This document shows, piece by piece, positions 20,589-29,651 of a DNA stretch of 32,691 nucleotides. Origin of the DNA: Kofleriaceae bacterium (GTDB lineage Bacteria; Myxococcota_A; Polyangia; Haliangiales; Haliangiaceae); the NCBI GenBank assembly GCA_046597055.1, contig JBKJLC010000234.1, forward strand, positions 1-32,691, given 5' to 3'. The position numbers were made by a program, and so were the translations under genes. The notes under the pieces are model-generated. The model was not told where the DNA came from. It did no database searches and worked only from the letters and a program-made list of their open reading frames with translations. Position 1 is the first letter of the stretch, and every line of letters begins with the position of its first letter.

Positions 20589-21703
20589 CCCGGGCCGGCT
20601 GGGCGCTGGCCCTGGCGTCGGTGGCGGCGCTCGGCTGCCGCCCATCACCGCCCGCCCCCGCGAGCGCCGTGGCGGTCGCGCCAGCCTGGCAGGTCCGCGG
20701 ATCCGGCGGGCGCGAGCCGATCGAGCTCGGCACCCGCGACCCGGCCCTGGTCGACGCCACCCGGTGCGCGGGCTGCCACGCCGCGATCGCGGCCGAGTGG
20801 AAGACCAGCCGACACGGTCAGGCCTGGACCAATGGCATCTTCCAGCGCGAGTACGCGGCGCGGCCGCAGCCGTGGTGCGTGAACTGCCATGCACCGACGC
20901 CCCCGCAGCAGGCCGAGCTCGCCGCCGGCGGCCACACGCTGGCCGACCAGGGCATCGGCTGCGCCGCGTGTCACGTCCGCGCCGGGCGGCTGGTCGCCGC
21001 GCGCCGGCACGCCGGCTCGCCGCACGACACGATCGTCGATGCCAGCTTCGGCTCGCCGGCGTACTGCGCCGACTGCCACGAGTTCACGTTCCCGGTGCTG
21101 TCGGCCGATGGACGCGCGCTGGCGATGACGTCGCATCCGATGCAGGCGACGGTGAGCTCGTTCACGGCCGGGCCGCACGCGCGCGAGCCCCGCGGGTGCC
21201 TGACCTGCCACGACTCGAGCCACGGCCACGGGTTTCCTGGCGGCCACGACCCCGGCATGCTCGACACCGCGCTCGACGTCGTGTGGTGCCGGCGCGGCGG
21301 GCAGCTCGAGGTCGCGGTCGCCAACGTCGGCGCCGGCCATGCGGTGCCCACGGGCGACATCCACCGGCACCTGCAGCTCCGGGTCTGGCGCTCGACCGCG
21401 CCCCACGGGCTGTGGGAGGCGTTCCTGGGCCGCCGGTTCGAGGACGCCGACGGCGGCGGCAAGCGGACCTCCTGGGACTCGACCATCGCGCCGGGCAAGC
21501 ACCGCCGGTTCGAGCTCGAGATCGCCGCGCTCGCCGGCGATGACCCGGACGCTGATCCGGCCGAGCCGATCAACCTCGAGCTGACCTACGTGTTCATCGG
21601 TGACGAGTTCCCGCGGCCGGGCCGGGCCCCGAGCGAGCCGGGCACCGCGACGGTCGTGCGCTGGCGAACGCCGCTGGCCGCGATCGCGGTATGCGCACAC
21701 TGA
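20585..21703 (+). CDS. Pentaheme c-type cytochrome lipoprotein (c554-like)
   Basis: Five CxxCH motifs (CAGCH, CVNCH, CAACH, CADCH, CLTCH), EWKTSRH, GHAVPTGD and lipobox AALGC. GTGA overlap with the upstream gene. Confidence 0.9.
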   Translation: MTRAGWALALASVAALGCRPSPPAPASAVAVAPAWQVRGSGGREPIELGTRDPALVDATRCAGCHAAIAAEWKTSRHGQAWTNGIFQREYAARPQPWCVNCHAPTPPQQAELAAGGHTLADQGIGCAACHVRAGRLVAARRHAGSPHDTIVDASFGSPAYCADCHEFTFPVLSADGRALAMTSHPMQATVSSFTAGPHAREPRGCLTCHDSSHGHGFPGGHDPGMLDTALDVVWCRRGGQLEVAVANVGAGHAVPTGDIHRHLQLRVWRSTAPHGLWEAFLGRRFEDADGGGKRTSWDSTIAPGKHRRFELEIAALAGDDPDADPAEPINLELTYVFIGDEFPRPGRAPSEPGTATVVRWRTPLAAIAVCAH

Positions 21704-21738
21704 AGCCATGTTTATTCGTCGTCCGCATGAAGTTTTGC

Positions 21739-21767
21739 TTGCCACGTTGGCTCTCCGCGAATAGTTT
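21739..21767 (+). promoter_or_regulatory. sigma70 promoter of the ROK gene
   Basis: TTGCCA-N17-TAGTTT in an AT-rich intergenic patch. Confidence 0.6.
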
Positions 21768-21787
21768 GTTCATCGAGCGAACGAACT
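21763..21787. promoter_or_regulatory. ROK/XylR-type operator
   Basis: AGTTTGTTC-N7-GAACGAACT, a 9-7-9 palindrome (8 of 9 arm positions pair) overlapping the -10 box. Confidence 0.75.
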
Positions 21788-21820
21788 TCACGGGCCCCGG
21801 CCCGCGCGCTCGAGCTGACG

Positions 21821-23035
21821 ATGCCGCACGCCGTCCCACCCCTGCTGACCGCCGATGCCGCCGGCATGCGCACGCAGAACGCGACGCTCGTGCTCGGCCT
21901 GATCTGGCGTGAGCGCCACGTCTCGCGCGCCGAGATCGCCCGTCAGAGCGGGCTCAGCCCCTCGACCGTCGGCGCGATCGTGGCCGAGCTCGACCGCGCC
22001 GGCCTGGTCCGCGAGATCGGCGCCGGCGTCTCGCGCGGCGGTCGGCGGCCGATGCTGGTCGGCTTCCGAGACGACGCCTACACCCTGGTCGGGGTCGAGC
22101 TGGGCGCGACCCACGTCTCGGCCGCGCTCACCGACCTGCGCGGCAACGTGCAGGCGTTTCGCGAGGTCGGCGTCGCGGTACGCGAGGAGCCGGCCGCGGC
22201 GCTGGCCGCGGCGCGCGAGCTGGTCGAGGAGTGCCTCACCGCGGAGCGGGTGTCGTTGCGGCGCGTGGTCGGCATCGGCGTCGCGGTGCCGAGCCCGGTG
22301 CATCCGCTGCGCCCCGGCAAGCTGTCACCGCTCATCTTGCCGGCGTGGCGCGACTTCGACGTCCTCGACGACCTGTCGACCGCGTTCGAGGTCCCGGTGC
22401 TGGTCGACAACGACGCCAACCTGGGGGCGCTGGCCGAGCGCTACTGGGGCGCCGGCGCCGACGGCGCCGACCTCGCGTACATCAAGGTCGGGACCGGCAT
22501 CGGCTCGGGCCACATCATCCGCGGCCAGCTGTACCGGGGCGTGGGCGGCACCGCCGGCGAGATCGGCCACGTCGCGGTCGATCCGCGCGGTCCGCTGTGC
22601 GTGTGCGGACTGCGCGGCTGTCTCGCGACCTTGATCGGCACCGAGGCGCTCCTCGCGCGCGCCCGCACCCTGTGGGGCGCCCGCAAGCGGCGCCCGACCG
22701 TGGCCGACATCGTGACCGGCGCGCGCGCCGGCGATCCGGTCGCCCGCGGCCTGATCGACGAGGTCGGGCACCAGCTCGGCATCGTCGTCGCCGGGCTGCT
22801 CAACGTGATCAACCCGGCGATCGTCGTGTTCGGCGGCGAGCTGACCGGCGTCGGCGACCTGCTGCTCGATCCGCTCCGGGTGTCGATCCGGGCGCGGGCC
22901 CTGTCGACGTCGGTGGCCGAGACGCAGATCGTGGCGAGCCGGCTCGGCGCACGCTCGATCGCGGTCGGCGCCGCGACGCTGGTGCTCGATGCCGCGCTGA
23001 CCGACCGGAGCTTCTTTCCCGGCCCGACGTCCTGA
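21821..23035 (+). CDS. ROK family transcriptional repressor (XylR/NagC-like)
   Basis: HTH SRAEIARQSGLSPSTV, GGRRP, DNDANLGALAE, GTGIGSG, GEIGH and CVCGLRGCL. Confidence 0.95.
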   Translation: MPHAVPPLLTADAAGMRTQNATLVLGLIWRERHVSRAEIARQSGLSPSTVGAIVAELDRAGLVREIGAGVSRGGRRPMLVGFRDDAYTLVGVELGATHVSAALTDLRGNVQAFREVGVAVREEPAAALAAARELVEECLTAERVSLRRVVGIGVAVPSPVHPLRPGKLSPLILPAWRDFDVLDDLSTAFEVPVLVDNDANLGALAERYWGAGADGADLAYIKVGTGIGSGHIIRGQLYRGVGGTAGEIGHVAVDPRGPLCVCGLRGCLATLIGTEALLARARTLWGARKRRPTVADIVTGARAGDPVARGLIDEVGHQLGIVVAGLLNVINPAIVVFGGELTGVGDLLLDPLRVSIRARALSTSVAETQIVASRLGARSIAVGAATLVLDAALTDRSFFPGPTS

Positions 23036-23059
23036 TTCCGCTCGACCAAGGAGGATGTG

Positions 23060-23833
23060 ATGCGCACCAGCTGGCACCGGTTATCGTCGGCCCTGATCTC
23101 GCTCGGCACGCTCGCGCCGACTGGCTGTGGCCCCTCCACCGGGACCGCGGTCGGCGCCGGCCCCGACGCGACGCCGATCGGCGTGGACAGCGGCGCGCAG
23201 CCGCCGACCGGCGATGGCTGCAGCGTGTTGCCGGTGACGGTGCGGGACTTCCGCATCAGCCACCCGGACTTCGAGCACTTCCGGTCGGACGCGGTGACCA
23301 CGGGCCTGGTGTTGCCCACGCTCGGCGCCGACGGCACCCCGACCTACGCGCATGCCGGCCCGACCCTCTGCACCACCGGCCCGGCCGAGTTCGCGAACTG
23401 GTATCACGACGTCGCCGGCGTCAACCAGACGATCCCCAGCACCGTCGAGCTGCGCGAGACCAGCCCCGGCCTCTACGTCTACGAGAGCGCCGCCTTCTTT
23501 CCGATCGACGGGCGCGGCTTCGGCAACGAGCAGCTCATCCACAACTACTCGTTCACGACCCAGATCCGCACGACGTTCCAGTACCTCGGCGGTGAGTCGT
23601 TCACCTTCCGTGGCGACGATGACCTGTGGCTGTTCATCAACGGCCACCTCGCCATCGACCTCGGCGGCCTGCACCAGCGCGCGACCGCGACGGTCGACCT
23701 CGATGCCCAGGCGACCGCGCTCGGCCTCGAGCTCGGGCAGACCTACCCGATGGACATCTTCCAGGCCGAGCGGCACACCGACGAGTCCAACTTCCGGATC
23801 GAGACGACGATCGCCTGCTTCATCGTGCCGTAG
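23060..23833 (+). CDS. Fibro-slime (PA14-related) domain lipoprotein
   Basis: AAGGAGG RBS, lipobox-like PTGC, VRDF..HPDFE, FFPID, HNYSFT, FRGDDDLWLFING..IDLGGLH and FQAERHT. Confidence 0.92.
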   Translation: MRTSWHRLSSALISLGTLAPTGCGPSTGTAVGAGPDATPIGVDSGAQPPTGDGCSVLPVTVRDFRISHPDFEHFRSDAVTTGLVLPTLGADGTPTYAHAGPTLCTTGPAEFANWYHDVAGVNQTIPSTVELRETSPGLYVYESAAFFPIDGRGFGNEQLIHNYSFTTQIRTTFQYLGGESFTFRGDDDLWLFINGHLAIDLGGLHQRATATVDLDAQATALGLELGQTYPMDIFQAERHTDESNFRIETTIACFIVP

Positions 23834-23855
23834 TCCTTGCCCGCGCGACCGGCGG

Positions 23856-25109
23856 TCAGCCGGCGACGGCCGGACCGCCCCAGGCCCGGAAGAAGCGGCG
23901 CTCGCGCACGCTGCCGAGCAGCGCGGTGTTGAGGCGCAGGATGCGGAGGTCGCCGAAAGGCGTGCCCGAGCCGGTGTTGACGATGAAGGCGAACGACAGG
24001 TCGCGCTCAGGATCGGCCCAGGCCCCCGACCCGCCCCAACCGAAGTGGCCGAAGGCGCGCGGCGGCACGCCGCGGAGGCTGCCGACCCGGTGGTAGCCGA
24101 GCCGCCAGTACATCTTGAAGACCGTGACCTGGTCGTAGCCGTAGCTCTGGATCTCGGTCGCGCGCGCCACCGTGGCGGCCGACATCAGCCTGACCCCGTC
24201 GAGCTCGCCACCGTTGGCGAGCGCCGCGTAGAGCCGGGCCAGCGAGCGCGCGGTGAACAAGCCGTTGGCGGCCGGGATGCACGCGCGCAGGACCTCGTCG
24301 GACGAGAAGTCGAGGCCGGAGATGCCGCGCGGGGCGAGCGCGGCCGCGCTGCGCTCGAAGTCGACCGGATGCCCCACCGCGCGCAGGGCCCGCTCGATCA
24401 GGCCGAAGACCGCCTTCTGGCGCTGGCGCGCTCGGTCCGGCCGACCGGACGCGCTGGCGCCGGGGGCGCGGCGCACGTGGCTGCCCATCAGGCGGGCGGC
24501 GCGGTGGAGCTGATCGGCCGGCGCACCGATGTAGCAGCCATCGAGCCCGAGTGGGCCGGCGATCTCCTCGGCCAGGAACTGCGCGATCGGCCGTCCCGAC
24601 ACCCGGCGAACCAGCTCGCCGATCAGGTAGCCGTAGGTCAGCGCCTGGTAGGCGCTGGCGCCGCCCGGGACGATCGCGGCCGGCGCCGCGGCCACCGCGG
24701 TCGTCATGTAGTCCCAGTCGAGCATGCGCCGGGCGTCGTCGACGAGGTCGCGGATGTTGAACAGCCCGGCCTGGTGGCTGAGCACCGCGCGCACGGTGAT
24801 GGCGCCCTTGCCGGCCTGGGCGAACTCCGGCCAGTAGGTCGCGACCGGCGCGTCGTAGTCGATCAGGCCGCGATCGGCCAGCATGTGCAGCGCCGTGGAG
24901 ATCACGCCCTTGGTGGTCGAGTACGACACGCACATGGTGTCGCGCTCCCACGGTGCGCCGCTGTCGGTGCGCACGCCGCCCCAGAGATCGACGACGCAGC
25001 GGCCGCGGTGGTACGCGCAGGCCGCGACCCCGCCGCCCATCCGGTCGAGCTGACGCTCGAGCTCGCGCTTGACCGACTCGAACCCGGGGCTGGCGTGTCC
25101 GTGAAGCAC
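23856..25109 (-). CDS. Serine hydrolase, beta-lactamase class C / family VIII esterase
   Basis: VVDLWGG, YSTTK (SxxK), LSHQAGL, YQAL and FGHFGWGGS. Start uncertain: GTG 25109 preferred, but the ORF extends to 25232. Confidence 0.9.
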   Translation of the reverse strand: MLHGHASPGFESVKRELERQLDRMGGGVAACAYHRGRCVVDLWGGVRTDSGAPWERDTMCVSYSTTKGVISTALHMLADRGLIDYDAPVATYWPEFAQAGKGAITVRAVLSHQAGLFNIRDLVDDARRMLDWDYMTTAVAAAPAAIVPGGASAYQALTYGYLIGELVRRVSGRPIAQFLAEEIAGPLGLDGCYIGAPADQLHRAARLMGSHVRRAPGASASGRPDRARQRQKAVFGLIERALRAVGHPVDFERSAAALAPRGISGLDFSSDEVLRACIPAANGLFTARSLARLYAALANGGELDGVRLMSAATVARATEIQSYGYDQVTVFKMYWRLGYHRVGSLRGVPPRAFGHFGWGGSGAWADPERDLSFAFIVNTGSGTPFGDLRILRLNTALLGSVRERRFFRAWGGPAVAG

Positions 25110-25262
25110 CGAGTCAAGAGTGGCACGAGCCGGGCCGGCGACAACCCGCCGCGCTCCAGGAGCCGTACTCCATGGATCTTCGGCAGCGAACAGACCCCGC
25201 ACCGGACTCGTGCCCCCGGACCCCGGCATCATTGTTGACCGCTTCGCTCCGCTCGCGGGGGG

Positions 25263-27113
25263 CTATCGGAGCGCCGCGTAATCGAACAGGGTGAACCGGT
25301 AGCGCTGCTGGGCGCGGATCCGGGTCGCGATCAGCCCGTGCAACGCGTCGTCCCAGGTCGTGTACGTCTCGATGAAGCGGTCGGCGGCCGGCTTGTCGCC
25401 CTGGCGCTGGAGCTCGAGCACCTTCGCGAGCAGGCCGGCCACCACGTCGTGGTAGCGCGCGTAGTCGATCGCCAGCGTGCCGGCCGCGACGTCGAAGCGC
25501 AGCAGCTTGTGCTCGAGGAAGTAGTTCCACTGGATCAGCTGCATCGTGTTGTACGGCTGGTCGCGGCGGGGCCGGTTGTTCTGCAGCACCCGCAGGATGC
25601 CGCTGGCGTACACGCCGCGCAGGCCGGTGGCGTCGTAGTAGCCGCTGGCGTGCAAGGCCCGGGCGACGAACAGCGACACCAGATCGGACTTCATCTCCTC
25701 GAGCACGTTCGAGTCGTCCTCGAGCGCGCTGTCGAGATCGCGGCCGTCCGCGGTGGCCTCGACGCCGAGGTAGTGGCCGACCTCGTGCCACAGCGTCCGG
25801 TAGAAGCCGCCGTCGGCGGTCAGCTCGGCGGCGTGCGCGGGCGCCACCGCTGCCTCCCACACCCGGTCGCGCTCCACGAACAGGTCGGGGTCGCGCATGA
25901 TGTTGCCGCGCAGCAGGATCGTCCGGCCGTAGCGCCGCGCCAGGTAGGCCTCGTTGGGCAAGATGGTCGCGGTGTTGCCACCGCGGGCCTGGCCGAAGTC
26001 GGCGATCACGTCGTACACGCCGACCGGGATGCGTTCGCGGACCCGCTTGTGGTGGGCGTACGGCAGCGCGTCCTCGAACGACTGCAGGCTGGCCAGGGCG
26101 GCGACCAGCGCCTGGCTCTCGGCCGGTCGCCGCACCAGCAGGCTCATGGCGAAGAAGGTCTTCGACCCGTACAGCTCGTCGTCGTAGGTCTCGTACGAGC
26201 CGATCTGCGCGTTGAGGTGCACGAAGTTCGCGGTCACCCACGCCGCGTCGCCCGACTCGTAGTCGTCCGACAGCAGGTCGCGGCCGCGATTGCGCAGGTA
26301 GCCGGCGAGCTCGGGGTCCTCGGCGGCGACCAGGTCGGCGGCCTCGAACAGCAGCGCGTGCGCGCGCACCAGCGCGTCGGCGTAGGCGACCGAGTAGGGC
26401 ACCGCGATCAGCCCGTCGGCGGCGCGCAGCCGCTCGCGCAGGCCTGGATGCAGGGTCGCCAGCACCGGGTGGCGATCGAGCGCGGCGAGGTCGGCGGTCA
26501 GCTCGGCGCTGCCGGACCGCCGCACCACCGCCCGCGGGGCGAGCAGCGCGTCGCGCGCCTCGGGATGCGCGGTGAGGAACGTCTCGATCTCCGCCTTGGT
26601 GATCGCCCATGGGTAGACGGTCTTGCCGGGCTGCACCGGGTCGACCGGCAGGAACGCGAGCCGCTCGTTCTCGAGGGTGGTGGCGATCGGTCCCTGGAAC
26701 AGCCGGTACAGCGCGCGGAGGTTGTCGGCACCCGGACCCTGGTACGCCGCCAGCGCGGCGCGCGCCGGCGCCGCCTGCCGATGGCGCTGCTCCTCGTAGA
26801 GGTGCTGGAAGATGGCGCCAACCTCGAGCAGCTTGGCCAGCGCGGCGCGCTCACCGGGCCCGAGCTGCCCGAGCTCGGGCGCCAGCGTGACCCGCATGGT
26901 CTTGTCGACCAGCGGCTTGCTCGCCGCGACCGACCAGGCTGCCGTGAGGTCGAGCGCGGCGGCCGGCGCGGGTCCGGCGCTGGGCGCGGGCGCGGGCGCG
27001 GGCTTCGGGCCGCACGCGCCCAACGGCGCGAACGAGGCGAGCGCGGCGCACGCGGCGAGCGCGAGCCACCGGGCGCGCGCGCGGAGTGGACAGTCGAGAG
27101 GAGCGTGATGCAC
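25263..27113 (-). CDS. Zinc metallopeptidase, M49/dipeptidyl-peptidase-III-like (HExxH type), lipoprotein
   Basis: IGSYETYDDEL, ILPNE, HEVGHYLG and EEMKSD; lipobox LGAC. Start uncertain. Confidence 0.82.
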   Translation of the reverse strand: MHHAPLDCPLRARARWLALAACAALASFAPLGACGPKPAPAPAPSAGPAPAAALDLTAAWSVAASKPLVDKTMRVTLAPELGQLGPGERAALAKLLEVGAIFQHLYEEQRHRQAAPARAALAAYQGPGADNLRALYRLFQGPIATTLENERLAFLPVDPVQPGKTVYPWAITKAEIETFLTAHPEARDALLAPRAVVRRSGSAELTADLAALDRHPVLATLHPGLRERLRAADGLIAVPYSVAYADALVRAHALLFEAADLVAAEDPELAGYLRNRGRDLLSDDYESGDAAWVTANFVHLNAQIGSYETYDDELYGSKTFFAMSLLVRRPAESQALVAALASLQSFEDALPYAHHKRVRERIPVGVYDVIADFGQARGGNTATILPNEAYLARRYGRTILLRGNIMRDPDLFVERDRVWEAAVAPAHAAELTADGGFYRTLWHEVGHYLGVEATADGRDLDSALEDDSNVLEEMKSDLVSLFVARALHASGYYDATGLRGVYASGILRVLQNNRPRRDQPYNTMQLIQWNYFLEHKLLRFDVAAGTLAIDYARYHDVVAGLLAKVLELQRQGDKPAADRFIETYTTWDDALHGLIATRIRAQQRYRFTLFDYAALR

Positions 27114-27228
27114 GGGAACGCCTTTCGCCGCAGCGAGGTGGTCGGCGCACGCACCGGGCCGGCGCGGCGCCGCACCCTACCACCGGGGCGCCCGGCGGCG
27201 GCCGGCGCTGCGGCCGTCGCGCGACCTC

Positions 27229-27464
27229 GTGCTACCAACCACGCGAGTGGTTCATCTGGCTTGCGACCGCGCTCCTGCTCCTCGTGGTCGCCGGCTGGTA
27301 CCTCCGCCGGCGCGTGCTCGGGGCCGCCGCGACCCTCGGTCTGGGCTCCCGGGGCCGCGCCCGGCACCACCACGCTGATCGTGACCGCCGGCATCGGCTA
27401 CTCGATCGTTCCGTTCCGCTACGCGTCGGTGGGCTCGGTCGAGACCATCGACGTCGTCTGGTGA
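27229..27464 (+). pseudogene. Remnant of a membrane-anchored metallophosphoesterase gene (internal deletion/frameshift)
   Basis: One frame encodes a TM helix (REWFIWLATALLLLVVAGWYLRRR). Another frame encodes TTLIVTAGIGYSIVPFRYASVGSVETIDVVW*, resembling the YkuE/YaeI-type C-terminus. The catalytic core is absent. Confidence 0.55.
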
Positions 27465-27472
27465 GGGCCCGG

Positions 27473-29512
27473 TCAGCGGACCGAGGCCGCGCCGCGCCGG
27501 CGCCGGCGTCCGCGCAGCGCGAGCGCCACGCCGAGGACGGCGAGGCCACCGAGGTCAGCCCCGCCGCCGGTCTGGCAGCAGCCGCCGGTCGGCGCGCCCG
27601 AGCCGTCGCCATCGGGATCGACGCCCCCATCGCCATCGGCACCGGGCTCGTCCCCGGCGTCGGTCGGTCCGCGCCCGACCAGGCGCACGATCAGCGGGCG
27701 GTTGTTGCCGCAGTCGTTGAGGTGGACGAGGCGCACCACGTGCGCGCCATCGACGCCGGGCGGTAGCGCCTGGCCAAACAGCGGCACGACCACGGTCCCG
27801 CCCGCCTCGTCGAGATCGCGATGGGTCAGGTAGCGGACCGCGCGACCGTCGACCTCGACCCGCACGCCCTCGTCGAGCCCGGTGACGTGCAGGTCGACGA
27901 ACGTCTCGGCCAGCACCTGCGCGCGCGGGAGCTTCACCTTCGACTCGTGGACCGAGAAGCTTGCCCGCTCGCCGCAGGTCGGGATCGCCACCGGCGCGAC
28001 CAGGCTGGCGACCTCGGCGTCCTCGATCCGCACCGGGGTACCGCCGGCGACCGGCGCAACGGTCTGCTCGAACCACAGGAACTCGGGGCTCTCGCCGCTG
28101 ATGGTGCCGACCGCGCCGAGATCGATCGTGGGCAAGGTCGGCGCCGAGCGCCACGGCGTGACGGTGACCTTGCCGCGCGCGTCGCCGAGGTCGGTCGGCG
28201 CCGCGACGCAGCACGCGGCCTCGGCCACGGTGCCATCGGGGCACGCGCCGGCAGCGCCCGGCAGGATCGCGCACCGGGTCATGCCGCAGGCGTCGTGGGC
28301 GCCCGCGGTCACCGGCAGCACCGGCAGCGTGTCGGTGCAACCGAGCAGCGCGAGGTCGACGACCGCGTCGGGGTCGATCGTCGACGACACCCAGCCGTCG
28401 ATGGGCGACGCCTGGTAGTACTTGTCCTGGAACCAGTGGCGCGCCAGCAGCGCGCCCTCGCGGCCGCTGGTCAGGGTGCCGCTGCCGCTGCGACAGCGAG
28501 CGACCACGGCGAGCACGTTCTCCATGTCGACCCCGACATCCTCGAACCAGTCGGGCGACCAGGTGCCGACATCATTGCCGTACATCACGTCGCACATCGA
28601 CGCGTCGCTGGCGTACATGCGGCGGGGGTCGGCGACTGGATCGCCGCCGTCGAACACGTCCTCGACCTCGACCGGACCGCCACACTCGGCGGCCATCACC
28701 ACCTGGCCCAGGCTCATCCGCGAGATATGCATGGTCAGCTCGCGCTGCGCACTGTCGGCGAGCTCTGGCACCGAGGCGGCGAGGTGCTCCTCCGAGTGGT
28801 CGCCCCACATCACGCCGCGATCGTAGAGCGAGCCATCCAGGCGCCCGCCGCCGTTGTTCAGCGCGTTGTGGACGCGCATGCGCTGCGTGATCGAGTTGGT
28901 GGTCTGCCAGTCGAAGCCGCTGTCGTAGGTGCCAGCCGGATTCCAGGCGTGGCCGATCGCGGCGGCGTCGGTGAGGTAGTGCTGGCCCCAGCCCTCGAGG
29001 GTGTACGCGGCCTCCTGACACACCGGCTGGCGGTTGTGCCAGTACCGTCGGGCCGCCTCGACCGCGAGCGCGTGGTAGTGCGCGTAGTGGAACGCGGCGA
29101 AGTCGCCGAAGTGGCTGTTGTTCATCCGCAGCGTGTCGAGGCAGTCGAGGTAGCCGATGCTGTTGAAGAAGTCGAAGCGCTGGTCATCGACCGGCTCGCC
29201 GTCGACCACGCCCTCGGCGTTCCACAGCAAGCTGCACGACCGGGTCCCGAGCACCGGATCACCGGTGAGGAAGGCGATCAGCCCACGCCCGAAGTCGGGC
29301 GCCGACACCCAGTGCCCGAAGGTCTGAGGCCCGGTCGCGGCCGACAGCACCGGGAGCCGCTGGCCCGCGGCGCGACCCTCGAAGGGCCCTGCGATCTGTT
29401 GTCCGAACCGGACGTGCTCGGCGGTCGCCCAGCCGTGGGCGCGGCCCGGCGCGACGACAGCGAGCGAGACGGCAGCGAGCGTGGCGGCGAGGCGAGCGCG
29501 GTGGTGGAGCAT
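27473..29512 (-). CDS. Secreted Zn-dependent phospholipase C / S1-P1 nuclease-like protein with MYXO-CTERM tail
   Basis: Signal peptide AHG followed by mature W-ATAE-H; APD; HF; HYLTD-x5-H; Cys-rich middle; C-terminal GGCC, TM and RRRRR. Confidence 0.75.
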   Translation of the reverse strand: MLHHRARLAATLAAVSLAVVAPGRAHGWATAEHVRFGQQIAGPFEGRAAGQRLPVLSAATGPQTFGHWVSAPDFGRGLIAFLTGDPVLGTRSCSLLWNAEGVVDGEPVDDQRFDFFNSIGYLDCLDTLRMNNSHFGDFAAFHYAHYHALAVEAARRYWHNRQPVCQEAAYTLEGWGQHYLTDAAAIGHAWNPAGTYDSGFDWQTTNSITQRMRVHNALNNGGGRLDGSLYDRGVMWGDHSEEHLAASVPELADSAQRELTMHISRMSLGQVVMAAECGGPVEVEDVFDGGDPVADPRRMYASDASMCDVMYGNDVGTWSPDWFEDVGVDMENVLAVVARCRSGSGTLTSGREGALLARHWFQDKYYQASPIDGWVSSTIDPDAVVDLALLGCTDTLPVLPVTAGAHDACGMTRCAILPGAAGACPDGTVAEAACCVAAPTDLGDARGKVTVTPWRSAPTLPTIDLGAVGTISGESPEFLWFEQTVAPVAGGTPVRIEDAEVASLVAPVAIPTCGERASFSVHESKVKLPRAQVLAETFVDLHVTGLDEGVRVEVDGRAVRYLTHRDLDEAGGTVVVPLFGQALPPGVDGAHVVRLVHLNDCGNNRPLIVRLVGRGPTDAGDEPGADGDGGVDPDGDGSGAPTGGCCQTGGGADLGGLAVLGVALALRGRRRRRGAASVR

Positions 29513-29651
29513 CGGTGCGGCGTACCCATCTTGCAGATCGCGAGGCCGCGTTGCGAACCATTTCTGCGGTGCGGATGCCTACACACGGTGGCCCCCCTGG
29601 TCGCTATGCCGCCGCTACCCGGGGGCTACGCCAGCCGCCACTGGACGGGCC

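Noticed and set aside
25121..25136. TGGCACG sigma54-like box on the + strand
   Set aside because: Poor -12 box (GGGC) and it points into the 3' end of a minus-strand gene.
25238..25262. CGCTTCGCTCCGCTCGCGG REP-like fragment
   Set aside because: Too short and single-copy within the window.
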